64,000 nt of DNA from an uncultured Bacteroidales bacterium (GTDB lineage: Bacteria; Bacteroidota; Bacteroidia; Bacteroidales; WCHB1-69), in contig ONQE01000009.1 in assembly GCA_900319925.1 (NCBI GenBank), forward strand, positions 1,807 to 65,806. The letters run 5' to 3'. Below are positions 62,890 to 64,000 of this stretch, one piece after another (within the stretch, counting starts at the first letter, position 1; each line of letters begins with the position of its first letter). The notes beneath the pieces are model-generated. The model had not been told where the DNA came from. It saw only the letters and a program-made list of their open reading frames with translations, and searched no databases. The position numbers were made by a program, and so were the translations under genes.

Positions 62890-64000
62890 TTATCGTGTCC
62901 GTATGATTTTCGCCCGCAGGGATTGCCCGTCGGCGGAACGTAAATCGAGGAAATAGATACCGGCGGGATAGTCCGACAGGTCAATGCGGACGTTGTCACC
63001 ATGCAATTCCCCGTTGCTCAGACATTTGCCGAAAACATCAAACAGCTGCCACTTCGAGAATGCATGTTGTGCATTGTCCGTTGTGCATTGCACATTGACA
63101 ACCCCATTGGTCGGGTTCGGCCAGATATTGGCGGTTGCCAATGCGTGGTCGGCAATGCCGACTGGTTCGGTCACCTGAAGAATTTTCATCACGGGTTGGG
63201 CGGCCATATACTGATCGTTGCCGGGTTGCGCGGCGGTGATGATAGCCAGTCCTACGCTGTGCATCGTTAGGATGCTGCCGTTGATGGTGGCCACGCTCTC
63301 GTCGCTGCAGGTGAACTGCACGGGCAGGCCGGAGGTAGCGGCGGCAGCGAGCATGACGGGATTGTCACTCAACGGGAAGGTAAGTTCTTGATCCCACAAG
63401 ATGCTCTGCTCTTGGAGCTCGGGGGCGGTGCTCGTCACGGTGAGGATCTTGGAGACGGGCGCGGCGGCGTTCCAGCTGGCGTTGCCGGGCTGCGAGGCAG
63501 TGATGATGGCATAGCCCGGAGCGTGCAGGGTAAGCACATTGCCGCTCACCGTGGCGATGTTTTCGTCATTACTGGTGTAAGTGACGGGAAGCCCTGATGT
63601 GGCGGTTGCATTGAGCGTCAGTGTGCCATCAGCGAGGTCGGCGGACAGTTCCTGGTTCCATGTGATGGATTGGTTAAAGGTGGTGTTCGAATGCTCGTAA
63701 GCCCCGATGTCGGCGATGTTGTTGCCGATGCGCGGGTTGCCGTCCATGTCCGTGGCGGGCAGGTAGGTGATGAACGCCGTGTTGGGGTCACCGGCGTCTA
63801 TCAGCGGCGAGTTGGGCAGCACGTGCCAGTCGGCGACGAGGTTCGAAAGGTCCGTGGCAATGGTCGTGGCACCCACCATAGACGACGGTGCGACAAACAA
63901 GGGTTGCGTCAGTGAATCCAGCACGATGTTGGTGCTGTCTGTGGTGAAATCACTGGTCGTTGATGCCTGGCTCGCGCAATAGGTGTAGGGTTGCGTGTAG
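62890..64000 (-). CDS. T9SS cargo protein with repeated Ig-like (BIG2-like) domains and a Por-secretion C-terminal domain; 5' end lies outside the window
   Basis: The frame stays open to the window edge. There are two internal repeats (SGLPV.Y/FT.SDE..ATV/I.G..LT.H..G.AIITA.QPGN). The C-terminal tail IWPNPTNGVVNV...YPAGIYFLDL...AKIIR is typical of T9SS sorting domains. Confidence 0.7.
   Translation of the reverse strand, partial: YTQPYTYCASQASTTSDFTTDSTNIVLDSLTQPLFVAPSSMVGATTIATDLSNLVADWHVLPNSPLIDAGDPNTAFITYLPATDMDGNPRIGNNIADIGAYEHSNTTFNQSITWNQELSADLADGTLTLNATATSGLPVTYTSNDENIATVSGNVLTLHAPGYAIITASQPGNASWNAAAPVSKILTVTSTAPELQEQSILWDQELTFPLSDNPVMLAAAATSGLPVQFTCSDESVATINGSILTMHSVGLAIITAAQPGNDQYMAAQPVMKILQVTEPVGIADHALATANIWPNPTNGVVNVQCTTDNAQHAFSKWQLFDVFGKCLSNGELHGDNVRIDLSDYPAGIYFLDLRSADGQSLRAKIIRTR

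Overview
This is a moderately GC-rich chromosomal segment that looks Bacteroidota (Bacteroidales-like). Supporting signs are TAnnTTTG -7 promoter boxes in front of many genes and a type IX secretion cluster (gldJ-like, porP/sprF-like, porU, porV, plus a CTD-tagged cargo at the right edge). It also carries Na+-NQR (nqrA-F), two S46 dipeptidyl peptidases, DPP4, tandem GH97 alpha-glucosidases, and housekeeping genes (alaS, purB, upp, ispF, coaE, yajC, nusB, engB, lspA, and a frameshifted purD). I call about 45 CDSs and recognised no tRNA, rRNA or CRISPR array. Two things are not explained by ordinary annotation. (1) At least 15 tandem arrays of 7-nt units, drawn from a few recurring families, sit exactly on gene boundaries. 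They supply the stop codons of about 10 genes, fill junctions inside the nqr operon, and occur once in-frame inside a GH97 gene. (2) The nqr operon is broken twice. A GH29 fucosidase sits between nqrA and nqrB. A 3.3-kb insert sits between nqrD and nqrE, made of an orphan beta-class DNA methyltransferase, 32-bp and 24-bp tandem repeats, about 500-bp composite GC-rich repeat units, and an IS200-like/RAYT-type Y1 transposase gene. That transposase gene lies at the centre of a long imperfect palindrome, and an unoccupied copy of the palindrome lies 0.5 kb away. All functional calls come from reading the translated ORFs and motifs by eye; no database search was run.
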